41,908 nucleotides of DNA from NCBI GenBank assembly GCA_015233235.1, contig JADFYD010000001.1:1-41908 (forward strand), in the 5' to 3' direction. This document shows positions 9,379 to 17,760 of the stretch, piece after piece. A model generated the notes under the pieces. It saw only the letters and a list, made by a program, of their open reading frames with translations. It was not told the origin of the DNA and searched no databases. The translations under genes were made by a program, and so were the position numbers. Each line of letters begins with the position of its first letter. Positions within the stretch are counted from its first letter, which is position 1. The stretch comes from Candidatus Omnitrophota bacterium. GTDB taxonomy: Bacteria > Omnitrophota > Gorgyraeia > Tantalellales > Tantalellaceae.

Positions 9379-9408
9379 TAATGATACCATAAATGTATCA
9401 TTAGTCAA
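9379..9408 (-). promoter_or_regulatory. Sigma70 promoter with an overlapping palindromic operator (candidate Rrf2 site)
   Basis: Minus strand TTGACT-16-TATCAT with an extended -10 TG. Perfect inverted repeat TAATGATAC-N7-GTATCATTA at 9379-9403. Confidence 0.65.
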
Positions 9409-9502
9409 ATGTTTTCTTCTTTGAAATCGTAAAGTTTACGTGATTTTGGTGTTTGCAAATTCGGCGTGACGTTTTAAGAGATTAGAAGTTAGAGATATGA
9501 CC

Positions 9503-9560
9503 GCATTAGAAATTCGAGATATTCCGACTAATCTAATATCTAATCTCGAATTTCTAATGC
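9503..9560. repeat. 18-bp inverted repeat within degenerate 7-mer repeats
   Basis: GCATTAGAAATTCGAGAT (9503-9520) / ATCTCGAATTTCTAATGC (9543-9560); units TCTAATA, TCTAATC, TCGAATT, TCTAATG. Confidence 0.7.
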
Positions 9561-9563
9561 TCT

Positions 9564-9618
9564 ACCAAAATAAAAAAGCCTTCAGACATCTTGAGCGTGA
9601 AGGCTTTTTTATTTTGGT
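9564..9618 (-). terminator. Bidirectional Rho-independent terminator downstream of the tRNA locus
   Basis: 21-bp perfect inverted repeat ACCAAAATAAAAAAGCCTTCA / TGAAGGCTTTTTTATTTTGGT with A/T tracts on both sides. Confidence 0.75.
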
Positions 9619-9819
9619 GGAGCTAAGGGGAATCGGCGCCTCCGTCCCGCCTTGCATATTTTTGGCTTCACCTACGTTCGCCAAAAATATGGCGGGACTC
9701 CGGTCGGCCACCCGCCGCCTCAGTTGATAGGAACTGCTCCCTAAGGTCGCAGTTCCCTGTATAAGGCTCGGCGGCTCCCTTCGATTCCCCTTCTGATGAT
9801 GCGTGTAAACAGATAGTCA
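9617..9819 (-). mobile_element. 203-bp structured non-coding element at the tRNA 3' end, with a duplicated att-like tRNA 3' end
   Basis: 19-bp direct repeat GTGGAGCTAAGGGGAATCG at 9617-9635 and 9820-9838; internal hairpins; inverted T-arm copy at 9780-9792. Confidence 0.65.
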
Positions 9820-9820
9820 G

Positions 9821-9893
9821 TGGAGCTAAGGGGAATCGAACCCCTAACCTCCTGATTGCGAACCAGGCGCTCTGCCAATTGAGCTACAGCCCC
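9821..9893 (-). tRNA. tRNA-Ala (anticodon CGC), CCA not encoded
   Basis: GGGGCTGTAGCTCAATTGGCAGAGCGCCTGGTTCGCAATCAGGAGGTTAGGGGTTCGATTCCCCTTAGCTCCA folds as a cloverleaf, with the G3-U70 Ala identity pair and anticodon loop TTCGCAA. Confidence 0.96.
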
Positions 9894-9948
9894 ACGAGAA
9901 AAATATTGTATGTACTGCGGATTTTAGAACAAAATTCCGGAGAAATAC

Positions 9949-10158
9949 TTAAATAGGCTTGGCAAGTTTGACAACAAAATTAGGACCGTCACCTTCCAAT
10001 GTCACATGGCCCTCACGAGCAAGCCACCCAATGCTCATTAAGACATATGACCTGTCTTTACCTAGAGCCGTAATCAGATTCTCCATGGTTTCCTGATTAT
10101 GGTTATTATCAAGGTAGTTCCATATATCCCCGGCGACAAGCCCTATCCTTGTTATCAT
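9949..10158 (-). CDS. Small winged-helix protein (DUF2582-like)
   Basis: IGLVAGDIWNYL...MSIGWLAREG signature; GGAGG RBS before ATG 10158. Confidence 0.8.
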   Translation of the reverse strand: MITRIGLVAGDIWNYLDNNHNQETMENLITALGKDRSYVLMSIGWLAREGHVTLEGDGPNFVVKLAKPI

Positions 10159-10250
10159 TGAATGTCCTCCTTTTGTACAACAAAACTCAAATCGCATTCT
10201 AATACACAATCAATAGAATATCAAACATATTTTAAAATTATTCGCAAACT

Positions 10251-10493
10251 TTATTTTATCTCCCCGGACTTCTTTTCGATGTAACTGGAGCATTTAGGAC
10301 ATTTCGAGATCTCGTCGTTCATGCTGTCAACATATGTATTGCCGCATATGTGGCAATACCAAACATGTTTTTCATCAGAACTAAAGCTCTTGAGCTTTGT
10401 CCCAAGATCATAAAAGATCCACAGGACCAGAAGCGCGATCACGGACAAGAACAGATATATAAATATGAGAACGGAAAGATCGATCCTGATCAC
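10251..10493 (-). CDS. Small membrane-anchored zinc-ribbon protein
   Basis: One TM helix, then CHICG...CPKC; 4-nt overlap with the upstream gene. Confidence 0.7.
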   Translation of the reverse strand: MIRIDLSVLIFIYLFLSVIALLVLWIFYDLGTKLKSFSSDEKHVWYCHICGNTYVDSMNDEISKCPKCSSYIEKKSGEIK

Positions 10494-10900
10494 GAGCTCA
10501 CCCGTCGGTTTGAAGAGATCGCCTCATCACTGCCCTCAAGCATATAATTCGGCAGCGCTTTCTTTTCTTTAAGCTCCTTAGGCAGCGTCTCTTCGTTATC
10601 TTTAACTTCCGGAATAACCAGGCCAACGCCAGGCCCCCCGGACACGATTGGCGCTTTCACTTTCAACGCGTCAGGATAACTTTCCCTGGGCAGCATCTGA
10701 TAAGCCGATATGGCCGTCGGAAGTGCTCCTTCCATCATAATGCCAAAGGCGTTTTTCTTTAACACAGGCCCCAGGAAATTCATTTTTACCAGTTGCTTCT
10801 GCTCAGGTTTTATTTGCGGCATTGATATCCCGAAAACACTCATGGCAAAAATGTGCAGGCTTAAGGATATGATCAACGCACCAAACAGATCCCGACTCAT
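10490..10900 (-). CDS. Short TonB/TolA-like energy-transducer protein with no recognisable C-terminal domain
   Basis: TM segment ALIISLSLHIF has the S-x3-H motif, followed by a Pro-containing linker; directly downstream of exbD. Confidence 0.55.
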   Translation of the reverse strand: MSRDLFGALIISLSLHIFAMSVFGISMPQIKPEQKQLVKMNFLGPVLKKNAFGIMMEGALPTAISAYQMLPRESYPDALKVKAPIVSGGPGVGLVIPEVKDNEETLPKELKEKKALPNYMLEGSDEAISSNRRVSS

Positions 10901-10918
10901 ATTCTCCCCCAAAAAGCT

Positions 10919-11320
10919 CTATTCTTGCGCCGTAGCGACATTGATCTGTTTCACGCCTTCACGGCGGCACATATCCCATATTTCTATGATCTTTCCGAAA
11001 TCAGCTTTTTTATCCGCATTGATCAGGATAGGCTGGCAATCTTTAGTCGCCAACGCGATCCGCGATAAAAGAATATCGCGCTCCGTCCGACGTTCGTTTA
11101 TATAGACATCCCCTTTCTCGTCCACGGATATGATAAAAAGGTTTCTCGATAACACTTCACCCGTAACAGCTTTCGGCAAATTGACGCGTATCCCTGGTTG
11201 AAGAATAAAACTCGAGGTCAACATAAAAAATATCAGGAGCAGAAAAAGGATATTAATAAGAGGCGCTATGTCAAGGTACCCTTTTTTTATTTCCAAAGTG
11301 GTTTTTGTCCTAAACTTCAT
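10919..11320 (-). CDS. exbD: ExbD/TolR family protein
   Basis: LDIAPLINILFLLLIFFMLTSSF, VNLPKA and INADK. The usual PLID Asp appears as Asn. Confidence 0.9.
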   Translation of the reverse strand: MKFRTKTTLEIKKGYLDIAPLINILFLLLIFFMLTSSFILQPGIRVNLPKAVTGEVLSRNLFIISVDEKGDVYINERRTERDILLSRIALATKDCQPILINADKKADFGKIIEIWDMCRREGVKQINVATAQE

Positions 11321-11942
11321 CATCTTCCCTTTTGGACCCTAAAATATTTATCACATCAGTAGCGCTTTTCTCCATCTCGAGCACGAAACCCTTTACTTTA
11401 CTAACCAGAAAATTATAGGCGACATAAGTCGGGATAGCCACTACCAAACCACCGACCGTGGTAATGAGCGCCTCCCATATACCGCCGGCGAGGTCTCCGG
11501 GATTCACCGGAGAAAGGGCGGTCGCTTTTTGTTCTATCACCTGAAAGGCTTTCATCATACCTGTCACAGTGCCCAAAAGACCCAATAGCGGCGAAATATG
11601 TGCTATTGTCGCCAGAATATCTATGTTCTTTTCGAGCCTCGGGATCTCGTGTATGGCCGCGTCTTCTATCGCTTCCCTTATCTCGGGTTTGGACCGGTCA
11701 TGTTTAAGAATGCCCGCCTTAACGATAGAGGCAATAGGTCCCGGCGTGGCGTTACAAAGGTCGATCGCGTCTATTATTTTATTTCTTTTCAGAACACGCG
11801 AAATCTCATCCATAAAGCTTTTCGTATTGATTTCAGCTCTTCTTAAATGCCATATCCTTTCGAATACGATAGCCACCGCTACAACGGACGCCAGCATGAT
11901 AAGCAGCATTATCGGCCCGCCCTTCACCATAAGTTCCCACAT
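11310..11942 (-). CDS. exbB: MotA/TolQ/ExbB proton-channel protein
   Basis: SPLLGLLGTVTGM and LAGGIWEALITTVGGLVVAIP. Confidence 0.93.
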   Translation of the reverse strand: MWELMVKGGPIMLLIMLASVVAVAIVFERIWHLRRAEINTKSFMDEISRVLKRNKIIDAIDLCNATPGPIASIVKAGILKHDRSKPEIREAIEDAAIHEIPRLEKNIDILATIAHISPLLGLLGTVTGMMKAFQVIEQKATALSPVNPGDLAGGIWEALITTVGGLVVAIPTYVAYNFLVSKVKGFVLEMEKSATDVINILGSKREDDEV

Positions 11943-11953
11943 ATTTTGCTCCT

Positions 11954-14488
11954 TTACGCTCTACCTTTCAATAACCGGATCTTTTCTTTCGCGAATTCCG
12001 CTTCATTCCCTTCACCTTCGGAAAGTTTGCGGTACAGGTTTAACGCCTTGTCAAACTGACCTTTTTTTTCCAGAAGTAACGCGCAGCGCTCCTCGGCCTG
12101 CATAAGCCAAGGTTTCCCCCGCGGATACTTGTATTCTACGTTCAAATATTCCTCGATAGCCCTATCGGTATCTCCAAGTTTCTCGTAAGAATCGGCAATG
12201 TCAAACTGGATCTGCGAATTAACCTCTGTATTCTGTTCATTGAGCGACAATTTGAAATACTCTATAGACAGTTCGTACTTGTTCTGGTCCTTTAGCATTA
12301 TCCCGATCCGGTTATTGGCTGTACTTGCAAATTTACTGGAAGGATATTTCCTAAGCAGACCTTTATACTGTTTTACCGCTTCATCAATTTTACCACTTTT
12401 TGTAAAAATGTCACCAATTGTTAAAATGGCCTGCGGCGCCCATTCGCTGTCGGGATAACGCTCAATTATTTCCAGAAATTTCCCGGCGCTGGCCTCATCC
12501 TTAGCAATATCATAATTGATCCACGCTAAAAGATAGCAGGCGTCGGCCACGAAAACACTTTCGGGATAATTCTTCACGATATCCTCAAAATACTCCCTCG
12601 CCCGCACGAAATCACCCTGATTGTAGTAGTACTCGCCAAACCAGGGCTTTATCCCGGGTAAAATAGAAACATCTGAGCAAGATTTTAGGATATCGTTAAA
12701 TATAGCCAGTGCCGAACCGTTATTACCAATTTTATAGTATGCCCACCCAAGATAATATCTGGAAGAAATACGTATCTCATCGCTGGAAGATTCGGTTATG
12801 ATGCTGTTAAATATTTTTATTGACCCGTTAAAATCACCGCTATTGTATAAGGCCTTACCTTTTAAAAGCAGCGCGTTGTAATAAAGAACGCTTCTGGGCT
12901 CCGCGCCGAGTATTTTATCAAACTGGTTCACGGATTCAGCATAATCGTCGGTTTCAGCGTACAACGTGCCCAGCTGATAGGCAGCTTTATCCGACAGATC
13001 CGACTTCGGGAAATTTACCTGTAAAGACCTGAAGGCCAATATTGCCATATCGTATTTTTTCAATTTTTTCAGAATATCACCGACCCTGTATTGGGCATAA
13101 TCTGCAAGACCGCTGTCAGGGAATTCTCTAAGCACACGGTCAAAAACATCCGAAGCGGCAAGAAGTTTGCCCTGCCTTTCAAACGCGACGCCAATATCAC
13201 AAAGAGAGCTGGCGACAAAAACTGGTTCCCTGGAGACGGCCGCAGTTTTTTCAAACTCCGTGATAGCTAGATCGTCTTTTGCCATACTTAAGTAACACTG
13301 TCCCAGAAAATAATGCATCCGGCCAGAATATTTACCGTCAGGAAAGATTTTTATACCGACGGTTAGGGTCTTTATCGCCTCATCGTATTTCCCGTTCCTG
13401 CAATAAAGTTCACCCAAAAGATTATATGCATATTCCGCGCATGGGTTAGACTGAATATCGTCGATGATCTTTTTGTATAACAGCATGGCGCCGGAGACAT
13501 CATTCCGTTTGATGCAAACAGACGCAGCCCCCATGAGAGCGGCGCATTTTGTCGAGGGATCGGTAGCGCACGAAGAGGCGTCGTTAAAATACTTCAAACT
13601 CGAAGCGAAGTCAGATCTTGAAGCGTAGGCATCCGCAAGTTTAACCAATATTTTATCCTTCAAATATCCGATCTTTTCTCCCTGTATGAGTTTTTCAAAA
13701 ACAAAAATTGCTTTTTGTTTTTCCCCTATTTTAAAATAACAATCCCCCAAGAGATAATAAGCCTCAAAAACATTTTCATTGACGGGGTATTTTTCGGTAA
13801 ATGAAATGAGAACGGAAGCAGCTTTGTTAAATTTACCGGTTTTATAGAGTATCTCCCCGGTTTTGTATAGAGCTTTTGCCTCTGGCACGGTATTCGGGTA
13901 GTTTTTTGAAACATCACTCAGTATTTCGACCGCCGTATCGACCTCTCCAAGCGCCTCATAGCACCACGCTTCGGAATAAAGCGAAAATGGAGCGTATTTA
14001 CTCACAGGATAATCGTCGATAACTTTCTGGTACGCAGGAATTGCCTCTTTGTAGTTTTTTTCGCGGTAATACGTTTCCGCCAACCAATACATCGCCGCGT
14101 CAGCGAAGGGGGAAGCGGAAAACTGCTCGAGTATCAGATTGAACTCTTGAGATGCGTCTTGAAATTCGCCTTTTTCAAGATCAATACGCCCCAGGATGAG
14201 ATGAACTTCGGCAAGCGACTCGAACGGAAGGTTCATTTTTAGCATCTCGCTAAGTTTCTTTTCGGCGATGTCAAAAAAACCGTCTTTAATGGCCTTTTTG
14301 GCGAATGCCAGACTCCCCTCTATGTCAGCCGGAATATTCCCAGGAGAAAAGTTTGAGCTCTCATACGTCCCTTTCACTCCACCATCGACACATAAAGCCG
14401 GCGTCGTAGAAAAGAACGAAACAATAATGAAAACACAAAATATATGATAAAAAAAACAACGCATGTGATTTAAGTGGCGAATTTTCAC
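11954..14488 (-). CDS. Large exported TPR protein (CpoB/BamD-like repeats)
   Basis: Signal peptide followed by roughly 18-20 TPRs of the form A-x-Y-x-LG...YP-x-S. Confidence 0.88.
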   Translation of the reverse strand: MKIRHLNHMRCFFYHIFCVFIIVSFFSTTPALCVDGGVKGTYESSNFSPGNIPADIEGSLAFAKKAIKDGFFDIAEKKLSEMLKMNLPFESLAEVHLILGRIDLEKGEFQDASQEFNLILEQFSASPFADAAMYWLAETYYREKNYKEAIPAYQKVIDDYPVSKYAPFSLYSEAWCYEALGEVDTAVEILSDVSKNYPNTVPEAKALYKTGEILYKTGKFNKAASVLISFTEKYPVNENVFEAYYLLGDCYFKIGEKQKAIFVFEKLIQGEKIGYLKDKILVKLADAYASRSDFASSLKYFNDASSCATDPSTKCAALMGAASVCIKRNDVSGAMLLYKKIIDDIQSNPCAEYAYNLLGELYCRNGKYDEAIKTLTVGIKIFPDGKYSGRMHYFLGQCYLSMAKDDLAITEFEKTAAVSREPVFVASSLCDIGVAFERQGKLLAASDVFDRVLREFPDSGLADYAQYRVGDILKKLKKYDMAILAFRSLQVNFPKSDLSDKAAYQLGTLYAETDDYAESVNQFDKILGAEPRSVLYYNALLLKGKALYNSGDFNGSIKIFNSIITESSSDEIRISSRYYLGWAYYKIGNNGSALAIFNDILKSCSDVSILPGIKPWFGEYYYNQGDFVRAREYFEDIVKNYPESVFVADACYLLAWINYDIAKDEASAGKFLEIIERYPDSEWAPQAILTIGDIFTKSGKIDEAVKQYKGLLRKYPSSKFASTANNRIGIMLKDQNKYELSIEYFKLSLNEQNTEVNSQIQFDIADSYEKLGDTDRAIEEYLNVEYKYPRGKPWLMQAEERCALLLEKKGQFDKALNLYRKLSEGEGNEAEFAKEKIRLLKGRA

Positions 14489-14493
14489 CAGGA

Positions 14494-14862
14494 TTATTTA
14501 CCGGCGGTATATTTTTCAAGAGCGTGCGCTATCTTGTCACGTGCTTTGGCGTCTAAATCAGAAAAGTTAACTGCGACCAAAAACATATGCGGTACGATGA
14601 CTTTCTCGGCGCGTATCACCTTTCCGAAATATGTCGTATCGCTCGACCCGTCGGCCAGGTCGATCTTGATATCAAGGATCGTCCCGACTTCAACCGGTTT
14701 ATTGTAATAGAAAAGAAGTCCACCGGCGCCGATATCCAGCACCGCTACCATATCCCAGGTAGAGGAAGGTTGCGTATCGGGATGTTTGGGGTTCATACGA
14801 AATTTAACCATTACGGGTTTTTTCACCCTCTGGTATTTACGCCTTTCCTGCCCGTTATACAT
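14494..14862 (-). CDS. PilZ-domain protein
   Basis: ERRKYQR (RxxxR) and DIGAGG. Confidence 0.85.
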   Translation of the reverse strand: MYNGQERRKYQRVKKPVMVKFRMNPKHPDTQPSSTWDMVAVLDIGAGGLLFYYNKPVEVGTILDIKIDLADGSSDTTYFGKVIRAEKVIVPHMFLVAVNFSDLDAKARDKIAHALEKYTAGK

Positions 14863-14890
14863 GTTGCCCTCCTCGTAGGTAAATATAAAA

Positions 14891-15160
14891 CTATTTTACC
14901 TGGTTGTCGAATTTTACTTTATCAACTTTTGGCAGATCCTTTTTGGCCTCATCAAATGTAACAGCGCTGGCCTTTGCTTTTTCCTCCTGCTGCATTTTCT
15001 CAAGCGCCGTCAGATATTTCTGCTGCAGTTGCTGAAGGTCTCGCTGCCTCGCTTTTTTTTCGTCAACAACTACCGCGGAGATAGTAAGCACCATAAGGAC
15101 AACCGTGATAACCGCGATAATTATAAGCTCTTTAACTACTTTATCGTCAATCTTTTTCAT
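14891..15160 (-). CDS. Small single-TM hypothetical protein
   Basis: GGGGGA RBS, one TM helix and a coiled-coil tail. Confidence 0.65.
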   Translation of the reverse strand: MKKIDDKVVKELIIIAVITVVLMVLTISAVVVDEKKARQRDLQQLQQKYLTALEKMQQEEKAKASAVTFDEAKKDLPKVDKVKFDNQVK

Positions 15161-15216
15161 TCTCGTCCCCCCGAGTTATAAGATACCATAGTAATATATC
15201 CTATATTCCAGGATTT

Positions 15217-16056
15217 TCAATAACGATTATGAAAAAAGCCGAAGAATTCATGTTCATGCATATAAAACTCCTTGATCGAGTGTCTTTCCGCAAAGATCCG
15301 TATTTCCATTTTTACAGCATCCCAAACTTTCCGGAATTGATCGCCGTTGGTGATCATTTGTCCGTAACGCTCTCCCAGACTTTCATCAATATTTCTGATC
15401 GCCTCAATTATTTTTGCGATATTTCCCAGATTGAAATTTAGAAACTCAAACTCGATCCTCGAGGCCCCGGGGAAAAGCTCAGATACAGCATCATAGCGGG
15501 ATATCCACGGCAGAACAGGAGAAAAGTACGGTATAACGCGAACATCCTCGCTCAAAAGTTCTTTAACACACTCTATCCGGGACTCAAACGAAGGCGCTTT
15601 GGGCTCGAATATGGACCTAAACGGTTCGGAGTAATTATTCACGGTAAAGTAAATGCCCTTGCATGAATCGGACCTCAGCAAATTAACATAATCGCAAGAG
15701 AGCGGTGAGCGAGTCAAAATATAGTATGGAATGCGTTCTGAATTCAATATTGTCAGGATATCACGCATTACCCTGGACTTCTCTTCGAAAGGCTGGAAAC
15801 ATTCAGTTGTTGAGCCGAGCAAGATTGACCGCGGTTTTTTTAATACTATCTCTTTTTTTAGTAAGTCCACAATATTTGTTCTAACCTCGAGATACTCACC
15901 CCATTTCCTCGAGTCTTTCTTGTTAACTTTATTAAAGCGATTATAACAGTATAGACAGGCGAATTCACAACCGCGGTACGGGTTCAGGACATATTCCGCC
16001 AGATTTATCGACGTGCGGTTAAGCGCGTTTACTGCCTTGATTTCATTAATTTCCAT
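15217..16056 (-). CDS. Radical SAM protein, spore-photoproduct-lyase-like family
   Basis: LNPYRGCEFACLYCY, GSTTECFQPFE, ILTRS and FEPKAPS. Confidence 0.85.
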   Translation of the reverse strand: MEINEIKAVNALNRTSINLAEYVLNPYRGCEFACLYCYNRFNKVNKKDSRKWGEYLEVRTNIVDLLKKEIVLKKPRSILLGSTTECFQPFEEKSRVMRDILTILNSERIPYYILTRSPLSCDYVNLLRSDSCKGIYFTVNNYSEPFRSIFEPKAPSFESRIECVKELLSEDVRVIPYFSPVLPWISRYDAVSELFPGASRIEFEFLNFNLGNIAKIIEAIRNIDESLGERYGQMITNGDQFRKVWDAVKMEIRIFAERHSIKEFYMHEHEFFGFFHNRY

Positions 16057-17359
16057 GATAACCTTCACCAACAAGATTATTCACGAACGCATTTGTAATT
16101 TTAATTCCCGCCTCTCTTGCCTCGCGAATAAAGGTGTCTACCCGTCGCGCGGCTTCGTTTTCTGGCACACACCCTAACCCGTCCAGGACATGCGTACCAT
16201 CGTAATGCTGGAAAGGATTTATCTGCTCGATCTTCGGTATAAACTCTTTATTCCGGACCACAAAGTCAAGGCTATCATAAAAATCATCCTCCGTTTCGCC
16301 GGGATACCCGACGATCATGCTCACGCCGAAGGAAATGTCATACTTTTTCAGTTTCTTAAAAAACGCTAATGCTTCATCGGATGTAAAACCTTTTCGCATA
16401 GTTTTAAGTGTTTTCTCGGAGCCCGATTCCAGCCCCACAAACAGGTGGTAACATCCGCTTTTTTTTATCGATTCAAATATCTTTTCTCTCATGTCGGCGC
16501 GCACGGCGATCTGGGCCTCCCAGTTCACAGTTCCAAACCTATATATCATCCCTTCGAGGAGCTCTTCAAAAACCGCCAATGAACCGTTTATCATTGAATC
16601 ATGAAAAATAAACCGGTTTATGCCTCTTTGGCGATAAGAAGCTATCTGGTCAAGCATATTATCGGCCGTATATACGCGATATTTATTATAAAGTAACGTT
16701 TCCGAACAAAAACCACATTTTCTTACGCACCCTCGCGAGAACATAAGGCTCACGGCGGACTTTTTCGGGTATAGATCAAAATCAAAATCGGAATAGTCGG
16801 GAAAAGGAAGAGATCTTTCATCCTGGATCTCAATAAATTTCTCCACCCGCTCCCCGCCATTATAACCGCACCGGATAAATTTCAGGAAGGGTTCTTCTCC
16901 CTCTCCAACAACCACAAGGTCACAAAAGCTCTTAAGGCCCGAAAAGAACTCTTCGCCATGTTTAAAATAGAGCCGCGCGATCTCGGGTCCGCCCAAAATG
17001 ATCCTGATATCGTTCTTCAATTTTTTTAAAAGAGACGCCGCGTGACGCACGGTGTTGATATTGCTTTTAAAACATGAAAACCCGACTACGTCATATGCGG
17101 CAAGTTTGTCTAAAACATGTGAAAACCCGCCAAACCTCTCATCAATGATACTCACAATGTTCTCTTCCAATAGCGCATTACAACTTTTTCTCCACTCTTT
17201 CTTTAATTCGTCATCCGCAAGATTAAAGAAATAATTATTAAAATCTAGAGTGTCGCACGCGATATCATTCCTCCCCAAATATCCTTTAATACACGCCAAC
17301 CCTAACGGAGGCAACCCCGGCCAAAAAAGCGGCAAAAGCACAACAGCGACCTTCTTCAT
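16046..17359 (-). CDS. B12-binding-domain radical SAM protein
   Basis: PPLGLACIKGYL, IILGGPE, GEGEE, SRGCVRKCGFC, GLESGS and GYPGET. Confidence 0.9.
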   Translation of the reverse strand: MKKVAVVLLPLFWPGLPPLGLACIKGYLGRNDIACDTLDFNNYFFNLADDELKKEWRKSCNALLEENIVSIIDERFGGFSHVLDKLAAYDVVGFSCFKSNINTVRHAASLLKKLKNDIRIILGGPEIARLYFKHGEEFFSGLKSFCDLVVVGEGEEPFLKFIRCGYNGGERVEKFIEIQDERSLPFPDYSDFDFDLYPKKSAVSLMFSRGCVRKCGFCSETLLYNKYRVYTADNMLDQIASYRQRGINRFIFHDSMINGSLAVFEELLEGMIYRFGTVNWEAQIAVRADMREKIFESIKKSGCYHLFVGLESGSEKTLKTMRKGFTSDEALAFFKKLKKYDISFGVSMIVGYPGETEDDFYDSLDFVVRNKEFIPKIEQINPFQHYDGTHVLDGLGCVPENEAARRVDTFIREAREAGIKITNAFVNNLVGEGYHGN

Positions 17360-17389
17360 AAAGCTTTCCTTCAATTTGATTTATGATGA

Positions 17390-17418
17390 ATTATAGCCTC
17401 ATTAAACCCATCTCGCAA
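17390..17418 (-). promoter_or_regulatory. Sigma70 promoter for the radical SAM pair
   Basis: Minus strand TTGCGA-17-TATAAT. Confidence 0.6.
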
Positions 17419-17490
17419 GTAGACATGCCCCATTTCTTTTGGTATTATATCAGCAATGTAAGAGACTGAAACGCAATGAAACACTGATTC

Positions 17491-17560
17491 GCGGCACACA
17501 GGGCATATTCTGCGCGCGGCTGGTTATAGCGGCCGTGCTCGAACATGCCCTATGTGCCGC
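17491..17560 (-). repeat. Long imperfect hairpin element, copy 1
   Basis: 20-bp arms with 2 mismatches that are G-U pairs on the minus strand; shares a core motif with 17599-17745. Confidence 0.7.
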
Positions 17561-17598
17561 TCATCAACGTATTTGATGGAAGTTGCGATGAACAAGTA

Positions 17599-17745
17599 AG
17601 GCGGCTTTAATGGTATGTTCGAGCACCGTATGAGTCGGCGCCGCGGCCTTAATTAACATACTCTACAGCGTTACACTACGCCTGCTTGATAATAATGGAC
17701 GCGGCGTCCGACCAAGGCGCGCAGAACATACCGTTAAAGCCGCCT
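17599..17745 (+). repeat. Long imperfect hairpin element, copy 2
   Basis: 22-bp arms AGGCGGCTTTAATGGTATGTTC / GAACATACCGTTAAAGCCGCCT and an inner GTCGGCGCCGCG / CGCGGCGTCCGAC stem. Confidence 0.7.
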
Positions 17746-17760
17746 CTCATCAGGTAATTT

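Noticed and set aside
9497-9727. 76-aa ORF across the hairpins next to the tRNA
   Set aside because: It runs through a terminator and the tRNA-derived repeat and has no protein-like features.
17533-17625. Possible LexA box (GAAC/GTTC half-sites) upstream of recN
   Set aside because: The half-sites are not in GAAC-N4-GTTC spacing; they are explained as arms of the hairpin elements.
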